Positions 1 to 13,028 of a DNA stretch of 64,000 nt are shown here, one piece after another. Source of the DNA: the human T2T-CHM13v2.0 reference genome, Homo sapiens; the NCBI RefSeq assembly GCF_009914755.1, contig NC_060930.1; one strand, 5' to 3'. The notes under the pieces are model-generated. The model saw only the letters and a program-made list of their open reading frames with translations. It was not told the DNA's origin and did not search any database. The translations under genes were made by a program, and so were the position numbers. Positions within the stretch are counted from its first letter, which is position 1; every line of letters starts with the position of its first letter.

Positions 1-290
1 CCTTAGTTTTTCGTTCACCTTACAACCATGTTTCTCCAAAGAGCAGTATGTACTTACCTCCATGACTCCATTTTTTAGGACTGTGTCAACCACCATATCT
101 GTGTTTTTCTATCTCTATTACAGTAAATTCAATCTTGCAAATGTCTTTAATTACTAAAAACAACAAACATGTTTTAGTCCTTACCTTACATGACCTTTCT
201 TCTACTCATGATGTTGTTTATCATCTTTATTGAGATTCTTTCCTCCTATGACTGTTAAGCCACCATTTACTCTTGATTTTCCTCTTCTTT

Positions 291-605
<315 letters not shown>

Positions 606-709
606 TCTTCTGTCTTTCATAGAGAAAATCTCATTCATTTAAGGATTTTTAACTACCAGTAACCTTAATAGTACAACACCTAACTTACTTCTTGACTTGA
701 ATGTCACAT

Positions 710-2097
710 TGCGTCCGGAATTGGTGGGTTCTTGGTCTCACTGACTTCAAGCATGAAGCCACGGACCCTCGCGGTGAGTGTTACAGCTCTTAAGGCGGCG
801 CGTCTGGAGTTTGTTCCTTCTGATGTTCGCATGCATTCGGAGTTTCTTCCTTCTGGTGGGTTCGTGGTCTCGCTGGCTCAGGAGTGAAGGTGCAGACCTT
901 CGCCCTGAGTGTTACAGCTCTTAAGGCGGCGCGTCTGGAGTTGTTCGTTCCTCCCGGTGGGCTCCTGGTCCCGCTGGCTTCAGGAGTGAAGCTGCAGACC
1001 TTTGCGGTGAGTGTTACAACTCATAAAAGCAGTGTGGACCCAAAGAGTGAGCACTAGCAAGATTTATTGCAAAGAGCAAAAGAAGAAAGCTTCCACAGCC
1101 TGGAACGGACGCGAGCGGGTTGCCACTGCTGGCTCGGGCTGCCTGCTTTTATTCTCTTGTCTGGCCCCACCCACGTCCTGCTGATTGGTAGAGCCGAGTG
1201 GTCTGTTTTGACAGGGCGCTGATTGGTGCGTTTACAATCCCTGAGCTAGACACAAAGGTCCTCCACGTCCACATCGGATTAGTTAGATACAGAGTATTGA
1301 CACAAAGGTTCTCCAAGGCCCCACCAGAGTAGCTAGATACAGAGTGTCGATTGGTGCACTCACAAACCCTGAGCTAGACACAGGGTGCTGATTGGTGTAT
1401 TTACAATCCCTGAGCTAGACATAAAGGTTCTCCACGTCCCACCAGACTCAGGAGCCCAGCTAGCTTCACCCAGTGGATCCGGCACCGGGGCTGCAGGTGG
1501 AGCTGCCTGCCAGTCCTGCGCCGTGCGTCCTCACTCCTCAGCCCTTGGGTGGTCGATGGGACTGGGCGCCGTGGAGCAGGGGGTGGCGCTCGTCGGGGAG
1601 GCTCCGGCGGCACAGGAGCCCATGGAGGGGGTGGGAGGCTCAGGCATGGCGTGCTGCAGGTCCCGAGTCCTGCCCCGCGGGAAGGCAGCTAAGGCCCGGT
1701 GAGAAATCGAGCGCAGCGCCGGTGGCCTGGCACTGCTGGGGGACCCAGTACATCCTCCGCAGCCGCTGGCCCAGGTGCTAAGCCCCTCATTGCCTGGGGT
1801 CGGCAGGGCCGGCCGGCTGCTCTGAGTGCAGGGCCCGCCAAGCCCACGCCCACCCGGAACTCCAGCTGGCCCGCAAGCGCCTTGCACAGCCCCGGTTCCC
1901 GCTGGCGCCTCTCCCTCCACACCTCCCTGCAAGCTGAGGGAGCCGGCTCTGGCCTTGGCCAGCCCGGAAAGGGGCTCCCACAGTGCAGCGGTGGGCTGAA
2001 GGGCTCTTCAAGTGCCGCCAAAAGTGGGAGCCCAGGCAGAGGAGGCGCCGAGAGGGAGCGAGGGCTGTGAGAACTGCCAGCACGCTGTCACCTCTCA
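710..2097 (-). mobile_element. Solo LTR12C (ERV9 LTR)
   Basis: The reverse complement starts TGAGAGGTGACAGCGTGCTGGCAG and ends ...CCACCAATTCCGGACGCA. It has tandem CCAAT enhancer subrepeats and a CpG-rich 5' half. 4-bp TSD acat/atat (706-709; 2098-2101). Confidence 0.93.
1141..1440 (-). promoter_or_regulatory. LTR12C U3 enhancer/promoter (CCAAT repeats plus AATAAAA TATA-like box), pointing left
   Basis: gattgg (= CCAATC on -) at ~1182, 1221, 1349 and 1390. gcctgcttttattc at 1141-1154 reads GAATAAAAGCAGGC on -. This is the known ERV9 LTR promoter layout. Confidence 0.7.
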
Positions 2098-2400
2098 ATA
2101 TCACATTTCAAACATATTATATCCTAAATTGAACTCACCATCTCTTTCGTACCTTGAAATTTGCTGATCTCCTGTTTTTCCTATGTTGGCAAACAGTACT
2201 ACTTCCCAGCCGTTTTCTCAAGCCAAAAATTGCATTCAATCTATTGACTGAGTCCTATTATGTTTTTCCCTCAATAATCCTTAAATCCACTCTTTTGTTA
2301 TTAGTATTCTATGATTACTGTTTCATGCTTGGTTCTCTGTGTGTTTTCTACAAAAGCCTCCTCCTTGTGTCTGCTAAAAGCCATTGGAGCAATACTCATC
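2098..2400 (+). mobile_element. L2 remnant interrupted by LTR12C (continues left of 710)
   Basis: cttgaatgtc|...|cacatttcaaacatattatatcctaaattgaactc joins across the LTR into a recognisable L2 3' segment. Confidence 0.55.
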
Positions 2401-2656
2401 ATCCCAACTGTTGCCAGGTATCCACCCAATCAAAATTTTTCCCCATTGTTTGCCATTACTTTAAACAAAATTATCCAGTACTTACCAAGTATGGTAACTT
2501 TTTATATACCATTTACATTAATCTAAAAATAATCCTTAAAGTAAAAATAAATGGGGCCAGAATAATTAGATACCCAAGATTAAATAATGAATAGAAGTAG
2601 CAAAGGCAGAATTTGGCCAAGAGACTTTCTGACTGGCAAAAATATGCTCATAATGG

Positions 2657-2935
2657 CTGTTATATAACTGAGCCAAAGACAGCCTCTGTATCTCGGTCTC
2701 TAGGTTGTTTATTTCATCACTGCAGGCTGAAACCCACTAAATCAAAAGTCCCCCAGCACCAAACTCAAATGTCTATACATCCAATTATTTTTGAATAGCC
2801 CAAACACCCAGATTTTTAGCCACTTACAGCCTTCTTACTTTGTACACCATTATAAACCTCATCCTACATCTGCTGGCCATTAATAAGATAGAGGCTTGTG
2901 GTTATAAGACCCCAAAATGTTGTGGCAATTTTAAA
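2657..2935 (+). mobile_element. Old ERVL-type LTR fragment (MER54/MER73/MER88/LTR53 group)
   Basis: gagccaaagacagcctctgta...ctgcaggctgaaaccc...gataagatagag...ggttataagacccc resembles this group from memory. Confidence 0.4.
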
Positions 2936-2949
2936 TAAAGTGGACAGAG

Positions 2950-3340
2950 AAGACTTTAGGGAGGTGCCACTTGAGTGAGTTTGAGATTTTGCTCTGGGGT
3001 AAGTGGGGAGCCATTAGAGAATTTGAGCAGAGGAATTCTTTGATCAGACTAATATTTAACAGAATCACTCTAGCCTCCAGGTTGAAAATCAACTTTAGGG
3101 GACAAAGAGCAAAGGAAGCAGCTGAGGAAAGGTGGTATTGCAGAATAGAGTGGTTGCAGTAGAACTGGTAATAGAAGGTCAGATTCTCGAACTATTTTGA
3201 AAATAAAGCTACCAGATTTGCTCATAGGTTATGAGTAGGATGTGAACAAAAGAGAAGTATGAGGGATGACTTCAGTGTTTTTTGGTCTGAACAACTAAAA
3301 GGATGGAGTGGCCATTAACTGTGATAGAAAGGCTTTTGGT
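2950..3340 (-). mobile_element. L2 fragment
   Basis: ggggagccattagagaatttgagcagagg and tttttggtctgaacaactaaaaggatggagtggccatt are typical antisense L2 motifs. Confidence 0.7.
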
Positions 3341-4114
3341 GAGGTCTTAGAGTTTATTATTTCTGGTTAAGCTTAATCTTCCTCCTCAGTGAACAGAAAT
3401 TGTTAGTGTACATCAAAAGTTCAAAAAAAAAATCTTGATCCCTGGAGAAAAGAGTATTCTGAACCCAGCAATCAAATTGTACTATGAAATATAGTGATGA
3501 CAAGTTGGATGGATCAGTGTATTCTAGATACTCTGATATTCCATATGGTCTAAAGAATAGTACAATTCAGACTGCATCCATAATAAATGAATCCCAAACA
3601 GGAACTGTTTAAGACTTGCAAAAATACAATAAAAATAACAGAGTGGATTTTAAGGTTTATTTTTGAAAAATCTATTTTTCTTTAGTTTTTGTTTTATAAC
3701 CCTCCTTTTCCTTTTCCTCCTCCTTCTTTTTCTATTACCTTCTGCTTGTTCTTTTTTTCTTCTTTCTAAAACTGCATTTTTTTCTTAGTTGCTCTGTGGG
3801 CCATTAAATTTTTAAGTCATCAGTTTTATCCTGAAGTTAAAGTGTGCTTTCTGGAGCATGTGTGGAGTAGAGCTCATCTAAATCCATCATGTTTTATTTC
3901 AATCAGCCTCTTCCTATTAGCATTGCAAAAAGACCCAAATCTACTATGAAGCCTAATTGGTAACAGAAGGGCACTGGTGCATCTCTCATTGTGAGTAGGT
4001 GGAGTAGGTGCTTGCCTCGTGATTTGCCTGAACGAAATACACACATTGTTTTAAAAATAGAAAGCCTCAGGATAAAGATAATCAAATATTTATGTCAGCC
4101 TGAAAAATTGCATA

Positions 4115-4220
4115 GATTTTAAAGTCAGAAGACTTGAAAACTATGCTTTATAGCTTGCAAACTGAGTGATTTGGGGCAAGTCACATAACCTCTCTGAATC
4201 ATAGCTTCCTCACTTCTAAG
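4115..4220 (+). mobile_element. MIR fragment
   Basis: gtgatttggggcaagtcacataacctctctgaatc...ttcctc, the MIR core. Confidence 0.65.
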
Positions 4221-4715
4221 GCATCATTGTGTAGTGTTTGCTTTTCTTTTCTTCCTGTTTATCTTATTTTCCTTCCTTTCATCTTTACTTTCATTCTCTC
4301 CTACTTTCCCTCCCTCCACCTCCCATTCCCTCTCTTTTTCTTCTTTCCTTCCTCCCTTCCTTCCATTATACCTTATGCCACATAGGATTTGAGAGAGATT
4401 TCAATAAGAATATATCCAATAAAACAATAAGAACCTGAAAAGTAGATGTAGAAAGCCAAGAGTAGAAATACATAGGCTTAAAAGCACCTACAGAGATTTC
4501 TAAGCAATTAAAAGTTGAAAATTTCAGCCTAGGTCATCATATTTTGGTTAGAATTAAAGTATCCAATCACCACTGTTAGCTGGATAGAAAGCAATGGTAC
4601 CACATTATGGAAGTGTTTGCAGCCTCAGTTCTTGGTCTATTCCATCCTTTGACCACATGAGAACACAGTTATACCCCCTGTAATATGGTCTTTATAAAAG
4701 TATCTCTATTCTTCT

Positions 4716-5040
4716 TTTTCTTTCATTCTTTTTTTTTTTTTTTTTTTTTTTTTTTTAGTAGAAAGATCTTGTTCTGTCTTCCAGGCTGCTGCAGTGCAGT
4801 GGCACAATCATAACTTACTGCAGCTTCAAATTCCTGGGCTCAAGCAATTCCTCCTGCCTCAGCCTCCTGAGTAGCTGGGACTACAGGCACATGCCACCTT
4901 GGCTAATATTTATATTTTTTTTAGAGGTGAGTGTCTCACTATGTTACCCAGGCTTGTCTTAAATTTCTGGGCTCAAGTGATCCTCCCACTTTGGCCTTCC
5001 AAACTGATGAGATTACAGACATGAGCGACCGTGCCTGGCC
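4716..5040 (-). mobile_element. AluJ
   Basis: Antisense Alu with J-type cctgggctcaagcaat and a long T tail. TSD tc(t/c)ctattcttct at 4703-4715 and 5041-5053. Confidence 0.92.
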
Positions 5041-5164
5041 TCCCTATTCTTCTAGGTAACTTACTAGGTGGATAAACTTTAGCAAGTTGTTTAACCTTCC
5101 TAAATTCAAATATAAATATGTATATTGTGATAAGAATAAATAATACAATGTATGTGAAAGTGTT

Positions 5165-5730
5165 CATATTCATTTTCTATTGCTACTTAACAATACTACC
5201 ACAAACTTAGAGGCTTAATCATCTCTGTGGGTCAGCAGTCTGGTCATGGCTTAGCTGGATCCTCTGTTCAGGGTCTCACAAACCTGCAATCAAGGTGTTG
5301 GCCATACTGTCATTCTTCTTCAAAGCTCAGTGTTCTCTTCCAAGATTATTCAGGTTATGGGAAGAATTTGGTCCCTTGCAGTGTAGGACTGGGGTCCCCA
5401 TTTTCTTTCTGACTATTGGCTGGTGACCATTCTGAGTTTCTAGAGACCACCTGCAGTTCCTTATCATGTGCCTTCCACAGGCAGTGCATAATCTAGCTCT
5501 TTGCTTTCTTCCAGGCCAGCAGGAATGTATCTGCTGATACTTCTTATTTAAGACCTCATCTAATTAGGTCAGGCTCATTGAGGATAACTTCCATTTTGAG
5601 ATTAATCAGTCAACAAATTAGTAATCTAATCATGCAAGTGATATCATATTCACAGTTTTACCCACACTCAATGGGTGGGAGTAATACAAAGTCACAGGTC
5701 ATTGAGAGTCATCCTAGAATTCTGCCTGTT
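5165..5730 (-). mobile_element. MLT1 (D/E class) MaLR solo LTR
   Basis: ttttctattgct...ccacaaacttag...cagggtctcaca...caaggtgttggc...tagaattctgcct. Confidence 0.75.
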
Positions 5731-6339
5731 GTATATAGCATACCATGCCACCCACTCCCTATAAATAGAACAATTAAAACAAGATTTTATAAGAAGTGCT
5801 ACTTGGTGTAATCTTTTTTTGCACACCAGAATCTTAACTATAATAATCAATTCAGTCTAGGAACTATTATGAAATAGTATTACCTCAAGGATTTCTCAAG
5901 TTCTTGATTTTTTTCCTAAATTCATTCATCTCTTTGTCATTCACTTAACAAATATGTGTTGGCCATCTACTCTGTGCCAAGCACAGTGGTAGACACTCAT
6001 GACAAGATATCATGGTCTCAGCCTTTGCAGAGCATATAATTCAGTAGGAAGAATAAAAGAACAAAAAAACCCAAACAACTAAAGAAACAAATAGGCACAA
6101 TATTTGCTAATTGTGCTAAGACCTTTCAGTCATTGTACGGCTTTCTAGTCACCGAAGACCCTTAAATTATTCTCTGGGTCTTCTTGCTATTGGATGTGAC
6201 CTCAACTGGAATTTTTTCCAACCAGAATATTTTATCACTTATGGTTAGTTTGGCTACAAACAAAATAATAGTGACTTAAACTAGAATGAAATTTATTTCT
6301 GTCTCATGTTTTTTGTAAAAAAAAAAAAAAAGCCTAAAG

Positions 6340-6900
6340 ATATGCGCTAGAGGGCTTGTATGGGACTGAGCTATGCTTCAGGGCTGAGCTGGGGTAGAGG
6401 AATAGGATAATGAGGTCATAGAGGTCACAGTTTAGCCAGCTCATGTCAGGCTCTCCCCTTGAGTACAATGGGCTACCATTGGAGGGTTTTGAGTAGAGCC
6501 ATGGCATGCACTGATGTAGATTTCAAAAGACTGCCATGTAACTGAGGCAAGAGACGTTGCAGCTAAGACTAAAATGGTGGCTGCAGTATCAGTGAGAAGT
6601 GGTTAGATTCAGATTTGTTTTGAAGTGTAGGAACAACAAGATTTCCTGATAGAATGAATGTGGAAGTGTGACTCTAAGGTGTTTGGTCTAACTAGCCAGA
6701 AAATGGAGTAGCCATCCACTAAGATGGAGAAAACTATGGGTACAGAGAGATTTAGGGCAAGAATCAGGAGTTCAGTTTGAGATGTTTTAGACATTCAAGT
6801 GGAGGTGTTGATGGCATTCAGATACTAAAGTCCATCCATTGAGAGAGGTCTGGGCTAGAGATACATATTTAGGAATTGATAGTATATATACAGCATTTTA
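6340..6900 (-). mobile_element. L2 fragment flanked by old MLT1 pieces (~6240-6310, ~6920-7270)
   Basis: ccattggagggttttgag, gagaagtggttagattcag and agaggtctgggctagagata are L2 motifs. The flanks contain cagaacttagtcacatggccatacctagc (MLT1). Confidence 0.6.
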
Positions 6901-9295
6901 ATTGATGAGGCAAAGAAGAGTAGTCCCAGCTACATCAACCTTAGCTCATGACTTCCACCTCATGGCCCAAGAAAACTGGTCAAGTTCCATCTGGACTGCA
7001 TTACAGCCAGCTGAAAAAGCAAGGAAGCAAAAGGCGTATGTCAGATGACCATTACAGAGGGTTTTGTGAAACTATAAACAAAAATCCAAAAACTTATGCT
7101 CATGTCTTGTTGACCAGAACTTAGTCACATGGCCATACCTAGCCACAAGGAAGATTAGAAAATAAAACCTTATTTCCAGGCAACCAAATGTCCAACTAAA
7201 ATCCAGGGTTTTAATTACAAGAAAGAAAATGAGAATGCAAACTACAGTAAACCACTAGCAGTCCCTGCCGTGCAATAAAAACTCCGAGGTAGATTTCGGT
7301 GGAGTAAGAAAAGTCCACAACTTTTGGCCAGTTTTGTAAATAGGTCACTCATTCTAACCCAATCTGAAGGCCCAGTCTCATCAACTAGAATTCCCAATAT
7401 AGGGTTTGCAGCTGAAGCCCCAGCTGAAATGGTGTAGCAATGTATTCATGGGATAAAATAAAACAAATGGAAGTCTTGGAATCAACATATGTGACAGCAA
7501 CCCACCTTGGACTAGCTTAAGAAAAAAGGAAGATTTTTTTTTGCAAAGGTATTTGTCTCATTTTCAGAACTTAGAAAATTACCAAACAACCAGAACTTTG
7601 GGAGAACAAGTGTTGAACTAGCCTCAGGGATAAACCAGATACTGAAGAGATCTTCTAAATATGGGACATTCCCCCTACTTCTCATCATTTCTATTACTTT
7701 GGGGAACTGGATGGTGACAGCTTTATTTTCCTAAATTTTGCAATACAGTAAATATGTGGAATGCCTCCTAACTAACTAATCAAGGAGCACATCCCATGGC
7801 TCCTGATTAGAGAAGAAATAGAAAGAGATTCACTTCCTGGAAAGAAACTCTGGTTTGCTCAGTTTGGGGAATATTCCCATCCATGGGCAAATGACTGTCA
7901 GCTCCCATCCGAACCAGGTGGATGAAAATACAAATGAATGAGAGCTGCACATGAAGAAGGGGGAAAGCTACTGAACAAATAAATTCATCAGAGCTCTTCT
8001 AAATCTGGAGTTGACATACTAACACTTTGGAAGTCCTGAACAATAGTTCCAACAGCAGGAAAAGAGGCAAAAATAAAATCTATGTTCCTGTACTATTATG
8101 GAATTTTATATTTAGTCAGGAATAATTTGAGGGTAAAATCCATTTAAGGGACTTCTTTTGTGGGAACCGAGGAAGTTCTTGATTAAAAGAAGGGGTTTGT
8201 TTTGTTCAGTTTTAGAGAAAAAACAAAACAACTTTCCGGCACTTTATATCTCTGGCCTTATATAACTGAGCTAAGCTTGTGTCTGGTGTATGTTGTATAA
8301 TCCTGGCTAATTTTTCCGCCCAGCTGCATAAGAAGAGCCAAAGAAGCTCCCTTGAGGTCTCCCCACAGCCAACCCAAAAAACACAGAGGCTGGGAATCCA
8401 ACCAGCTCTGCCCTACCCTTTGAGCCAAATACTATCTTAGTCTTCAGTGCTTTCCTCCACTGCTTGTCGTTAGAGGTGTGCTTTCCTTGACTCAATGAGT
8501 GTTGACATTGAGAATTCAGATTTAAACTTTGGAGTTGAAGCAAAGAAAGCAAGTAGGTCTTCCACTCAACTTTTGTCCTAGACTACATAGGTCCAATTAA
8601 CCAAGCCGAAAGAATCAGTGAATGGTTAAGCCAAGCTCAGCCCACCCGAGATCTCCATGGGAGTGTGGAGCCAAACCCAGATAGTAATAAAATATTATTT
8701 TATTTGGTTTTGTTTTCTACATATGTATTTTTTACCTGGATTTGTGGGTATGGTACCTGTTAAGAATCAAATTAAGGTGATTGAGATGCCCTATCCTGAC
8801 TAGCCATAGCCATATCTCTTTCCATAAAATCTCTTGCAGTTCACATGTACATATGTGTGCATACTCAGACATTCATCTATTTTATCATAACTAAATACGT
8901 ACATATACATATGGAAGTTGATAAACTAATATAGCAGGGCTCTAAAATAGACTTTTAGCTATATTTTACTAAGGAGCTTATGAGACCCCCTTAGCCAGTT
9001 TGATTGAGGATATCTGGTATCTGTACTGCTCCTATCTGGAATCCTCTTATATTCACTTCTATTGCCCTGATAGTTTTTATCAGGCCACCTACCCTGGGAT
9101 TTGTGTCTTTCTTATTTAAAAGCCCTCATTACTATTTTCAGACTAGTTTTCATTTTTGTATCTACAAATGCTTAAATTTCACTAATCATCTGATTTCTAT
9201 AGAGAGTTGACTCTCCTAATTTGTGCCACAAAATAATTTCAGCCTGCCTTATTTCTTAACCTTGAAAGGTTCGTGTGTGCTTGTGTGTGCACGAT

Positions 9296-9432
9296 CTCTC
9301 ACTCTCTCACTCTCTCTCTCTCTGTCTTTTACTCTCTCCCACCTCCTTTCCCCTGTTTATCTGTTTCTTTCTAAGATGGATGGATGGGTGGAAGAAAGGA
9401 AGGAAGGGAGGGAAGTGGGGAGGAAGAGAAGA
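9296..9432. repeat. (CT)n followed by (GGAT/GGAA)n low-complexity tracts
   Basis: Directly visible. Confidence 0.8.
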
Positions 9433-10359
9433 AACTTCTCAAGAGAGCATTGGTATTATGTTGCACAAATTTGGGCAAGAACAGTTGTCTCTGGATGGGG
9501 TAATAACAACTTTTACATTGACTAAAGTAGGAATATCATGTATGACACATCCTGTGTCAACACTGACTACAGCAGTTGAGTGTGTATCTATTTAACCATT
9601 TTACACACAGCACCATAGAGTTTATGGTGGACATAGTTAGAACTCCATATTAGTTTTCTTCTCTTTTGGTAGAGAAGAAGCACAGAGGTGAGGCAAACAT
9701 TTACAAGACACCTAGAGGGGGCAAAAAGAGACTCAGACAAAAGAGAGACCATGGCTGCCAAATACAAGCTTCCCTACTTCTGTGCCTCATGCCTTGCTCT
9801 CAGCTGGCCTTTTCTGTGCTTTAGATACCCTTCAGGGAAAGGCTTTGCAGGGCTTAGGAGTGGGCTTAAGAGTCCATTTGGCACCTTTGAAATCAGGGAA
9901 TCAATAAGAAATTGTCTCTCTCTTGATTTTTTCAGGATGGCCTGGGTCACCTCAAATAGCCCAATAGTATCAGAAGAAGTTAACTCTTCCCACCTAATTT
10001 AGAAGTGTGCTGACCTGAAAAGGTTAATTAACCTGTGATTGTCACCTTGAAATGATTATTCTTCCCTCACATCACTGGTACTTGTGCCAACTTGCAAATA
10101 CAATCATAACACACACAAAAACTGAGTTTGAATTAAGGCACAAATATGCTATGTTACTCATCTAAAAAGAAAGAGAAATTAAGTTCTAGCTAGTTAGATA
10201 TAACCATGTTGTGACACAAAAGGTAGCCACCAGATGAGGATACCACCTGCTAGATGTTAAAGTACCAACACTTGTGAGTGACTTGTTTTTAAAAAGTAAA
10301 TTTGAACAGATTCAAATTTTATTCCTAAAGTATTATTACTCCCATTCCTTGCATTTTGA

Positions 10360-10840
10360 TATATGTGCAGCCAGGACAGTCTCAGTGTTCTGTCTAGATC
10401 TCTTTGGATTTCCTTTACTATTCCTGAGCAGCCCTCCTCCAGTTTCTGGCCTATACCTCAGACTCTTACAAAAACTACCTGAAGACAACTGAAGCTATTT
10501 TGCCTACAGGCTAAGAGCAAAGGAGTTGAAAGTTCCTGGGAGCTTATGTACCTCCCACATCCCCAGTCCTTGGCTGATTACTTACTGATGCAAAAGTATG
10601 AAATCTTGGTCTTTTCCTTCTCCAATCAGGAAAACGCTGTGGTGAATTTTACATTTCAGAGAATTTGACATTTCCACAAAATCAGGCTGAGGCTCTTACC
10701 TGGCTTCTCCTGTATTCCTGTCCTGCTGACCCTATTTCCTTCCTGGAATCTCCTGCAAGTACTTTCTTTACAAATCACTTGTACACACACACATTCTTGT
10801 CTCAGGGTTGATATGCTTCTGAGAAAATTTACTTAAGGCA
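10360..10840 (+). mobile_element. LTR16-like ERVL LTR
   Basis: The 3' end aaatcacttgtacac...cttgtctcagggt...tgcttctgagaaaa...taaggca resembles LTR16. Confidence 0.5.
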
Positions 10841-10908
10841 ATACATTGTCTTGAATAGACGAGAAATGATAAACTTAGAGATGTTCTGACGGAAATTGCA
10901 CAAGCCCC

Positions 10909-11278
10909 TGATATGGTTTTGGCTGTGTCCAAACCATATCATCTTGAATTGTAGTTCTCATAATCCCCACGTGTCATGGGAGGGACTTGGTGGGAGGTAA
11001 TTGAATCACGGGAGCCGTTACTTCCATGCTGTTTTCATGATAGTGAGTTCTTACGAGATCTGATGGCTTTATAAGGGGCTTTTCCCCCTTTTGATCGGTA
11101 CTTCTCCATCTTGCCATCATGTGAAGAAGGACATGTTTAGTTCCCCTTCTGCCATGATTGCAACTTTCCTGAGGCTTCCCCAGCCATGCTGATCTGTGAG
11201 TCAATTAAACCCCTTTCCTTTATAAATTACCCAGACTCTAATATGTCTTTATTAGCCACATAAGAATGGACTAATACA
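10909..11278 (+). mobile_element. THE1C solo LTR
   Basis: Runs from tgatatggttttggctgtgtcc to gaatggactaataca, with THE1C-type ataaggggcttttccccctttt. TG...CA ends, 370 bp. Confidence 0.9.
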
Positions 11279-11462
11279 CCTCCCAAGTCCACTCAGAATT
11301 GTCCCTTCTAGGAATGTCATCTGTGAGATGTCTCATTCCAAAAAAAGGGATTGAAATCCTTCCCTATACTAAGCCTGGATGAGGAATCTTTTCATATATT
11401 GCACTTCAGGAGGGAAAAATTTTAAAGTCAATGTCTATACAAGTTTAAAGATTATTATATAA

Positions 11463-11786
<324 letters not shown>

Positions 11787-12084
11787 TAACAGAGAGAAGT
11801 GTACTACAATCTACTCATCTTTTAAAATTAATAATGGGAGTGTTGAATTCTACTGACTTGCTCAGATAATAAAATTTTTATGTCAGTTACTTTCCAGAGA
11901 AATGTGATAAGTAGAAGCGAAAAAGACAAGGAATAGAGACAAGGAAACACAGTGAGAATTAGAACTTATAAATGATATTTAATGCTTAGGGCTATCATTC
12001 TAATACACACATATGTATGTGTGTACATAGACATACATGTACATGTATACACACATGTATTTATCTAGATATTTATTAACTTAT

Positions 12085-12260
12085 ACACACAACAATTCTA
12101 TAAGGTGAAGACTATTATACCCTCATACTTCTGATGAGAAAACCCCAACAACACTAAGATGTGAAAAAATTTGCTCGAGGTCATCCCACAGTAAATGGCA
12201 GAGCTGAAGTCTGGTCCCCGGCAATTGGGCTCCAGTGTCTGTGTTCTAATTCACTACCTG
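12085..12260 (-). mobile_element. MIR
   Basis: acaacaattctataagg...ctgatgagaaaacc...gaggtcatcccacagtaaatggcagagct. Confidence 0.65.
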
Positions 12261-12544
12261 TCCTGGGAGAAAGTGAGAGAAATTAGTAGAAAGAGCCACT
12301 GAAGGGGAAAGAAAAGGGAAATAGAAAGTTAATTAAATAGGCAAAACTGACTCATATAAACATAAAGATCAGGCAGAAAAGAATCAACGGAGAGAAACAC
12401 AGACACATTCCACAGAGGCGATGGGAAACTGATATAAAGAGAGTCTCGTTGTAACATAATTACAGACAGAGATCCATATGCAAAAAAGGACATGCATACT
12501 TTATAAAGATAGACCAACATGCAAACCAAGGCAGAATATACATA

Positions 12545-13028
12545 TATCAAACTATGCCAAACTTAATGACTTAAAACAATAACCCTTTTAGTATATATCA
12601 TCATTCTGTGAGTCAGGAATTTGGGCATACTCAGCTGGGCAATTATTTTGCTCCACAGGGTGCTGACTCACTAGTTTTCACCTGATCCAAGGTGGTTTTA
12701 CTTCCATTCATTATGTCTTGCTGTGGACAATTGGAAGGCTGGGCTCAGCTAGATTCTTCTGTCTCTCTCCACATATTCTCAATATTCTCCATGTGGTCTC
12801 TCCAGCAGTGTGATCTGACTTCTTATTTTGTCCCTGGGGGCTTTAGGAGACTGAAGTAGAAGCTGTCAATCTCATAGAAACAAGGTCTACAACTGTCATA
12901 ATCCCTAACACTGCACTCCATTAGTGGAAAGAGATTAATGGCAGCCCAGATTCAAGGAGATAGCAAATAGGCCTTACCTCCCTATAGGAAGAATGTCAAA
13001 GAATTTGTGGCTGTTGTTCATCTGCCAC
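12545..13028 (-). mobile_element. MLT1 (G/H class) solo LTR
   Basis: gacttaaaacaataa...ctgtgagtcaggaatttgggc...cagcccagattcaagg...aagaatttgtggc...ctgccaca. Confidence 0.7.

Noticed and set aside
761-1030. Three spaced direct repeats (gtgagtgttacagctc...) resembling a CRISPR array
   Set aside because: These are normal LTR12 internal subrepeats. The spacers are homologous to each other and the context is eukaryotic.
1385-2104. Seven overlapping 70-133 aa ORFs
   Set aside because: All lie in the GC-rich part of LTR12C, where stops are rare. None resembles a protein family.
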